DNA from: an uncultured Gammaproteobacteria bacterium
Lineage (GTDB): Bacteria > Pseudomonadota > Gammaproteobacteria > UBA9214
Assembly: GCA_963773065.1 (NCBI GenBank)
Contig: CAVYZN010000011.1
Location: forward strand, 64,001 to 128,000
DNA length: 64,000 bases
Direction of reading: 5' to 3'
The translations under genes were made by a program, and so were the position numbers. The notes under the pieces were generated by a model that did not search any database, was not told where the DNA came from, and was given only the letters and a program-made list of their open reading frames with translations. Shown piece by piece: positions 63,474-64,000 of the stretch; position 1 is the first letter of the stretch, and each line of letters opens with the position of its first letter.

Positions 63474-63848
63474 TTACGGCGCCTGTTGAGGTACGGGTCT
63501 TGCCGTCGGGTGGTTCTTTATCTTGCCTCGCCGGCGCGCCTCGTAGTCCTCCAGCTTGCGCCGCGCGCTGTTGAAGGCATCCCGGATCGCCACATAGACA
63601 TCTTCATGGGCATGATTGTCCTCTGGAGTACGGCTGACCACGATCTCGGCATCCGGTACGGCGATATCGACCGCGACGTGGTAGATGTTACCCTTGTGAT
63701 GATGTTTGTGAGGTGCTTCCACGGTGACGCGGCAACTGGTGATCTTGTCACAGAAACGCTCCAGCTTGGTTGCCCTTTCACGGATATTGGTCTCCACGGC
63801 GGCTGAAGGTTCCATATTATGAAATACGATCTGTAAAGGTATCTGCAT
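63474..63848 (-). CDS. HPF/RaiA ribosome-associated protein
   Basis: LQIVFHNMEPSAAVE, ITSCRVTVEAPH, EDVYVAIRDAF. Confidence 0.9.
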   Translation of the reverse strand: MQIPLQIVFHNMEPSAAVETNIRERATKLERFCDKITSCRVTVEAPHKHHHKGNIYHVAVDIAVPDAEIVVSRTPEDNHAHEDVYVAIRDAFNSARRKLEDYEARRRGKIKNHPTARPVPQQAP

Positions 63849-64000
63849 ATTATTTTCCTCTATTATGATCACTCTTCATTGTGCCGGGCAGTGGCCGGAA
63901 TGCAATGATCCCGGTCAAGTTTCACCCCTACCGGCACTCCAAGGCAGGTCGCCCGCGCCGTCGCCGGAACATCATGACAGCCGTGCTTACCTGTTTATAT

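Overview
GC-rich gammaproteobacterial chromosome segment. Core blocks: dolP-gmhA/diaA-yraN-lpoA/rsmI, queG/nnr-tsaE-amidase-mutL-miaA-hfq-hflXKC-hisZ-purA, a large phosphate/polyphosphate region (SixA-Nudix, ATP-cone 2-phosphoglycerate-kinase-like protein, PPK2/pap, pstS-phoU-pstCABB, ParA, CHAD, 2x CNNM, PiT-DUF47, ppk1, CYTH) and an RNA-repair/ribosome-rescue block (YbaK, host-attachment/baeRF, rtcB, archease, HPF). Accessory material is interleaved: the tail of a restriction-modification gene, about 8 toxin-antitoxin-type modules, a TIR-TM-CHASE2 membrane receptor with a FecR lipoprotein and ptsP, and an integrase-less attC cassette array carrying an ORF-less group II intron inserted in an attC core site. 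Several inserts are bounded by diverged 180-370 bp partial duplicates of the neighbouring host gene, with no integrase in view. Many conserved genes (miaA, purA, pap, parA) carry single frameshifts, so indel sequencing errors are likely and pseudogene calls are tentative. All family assignments come from motif recognition by eye, not database searches.
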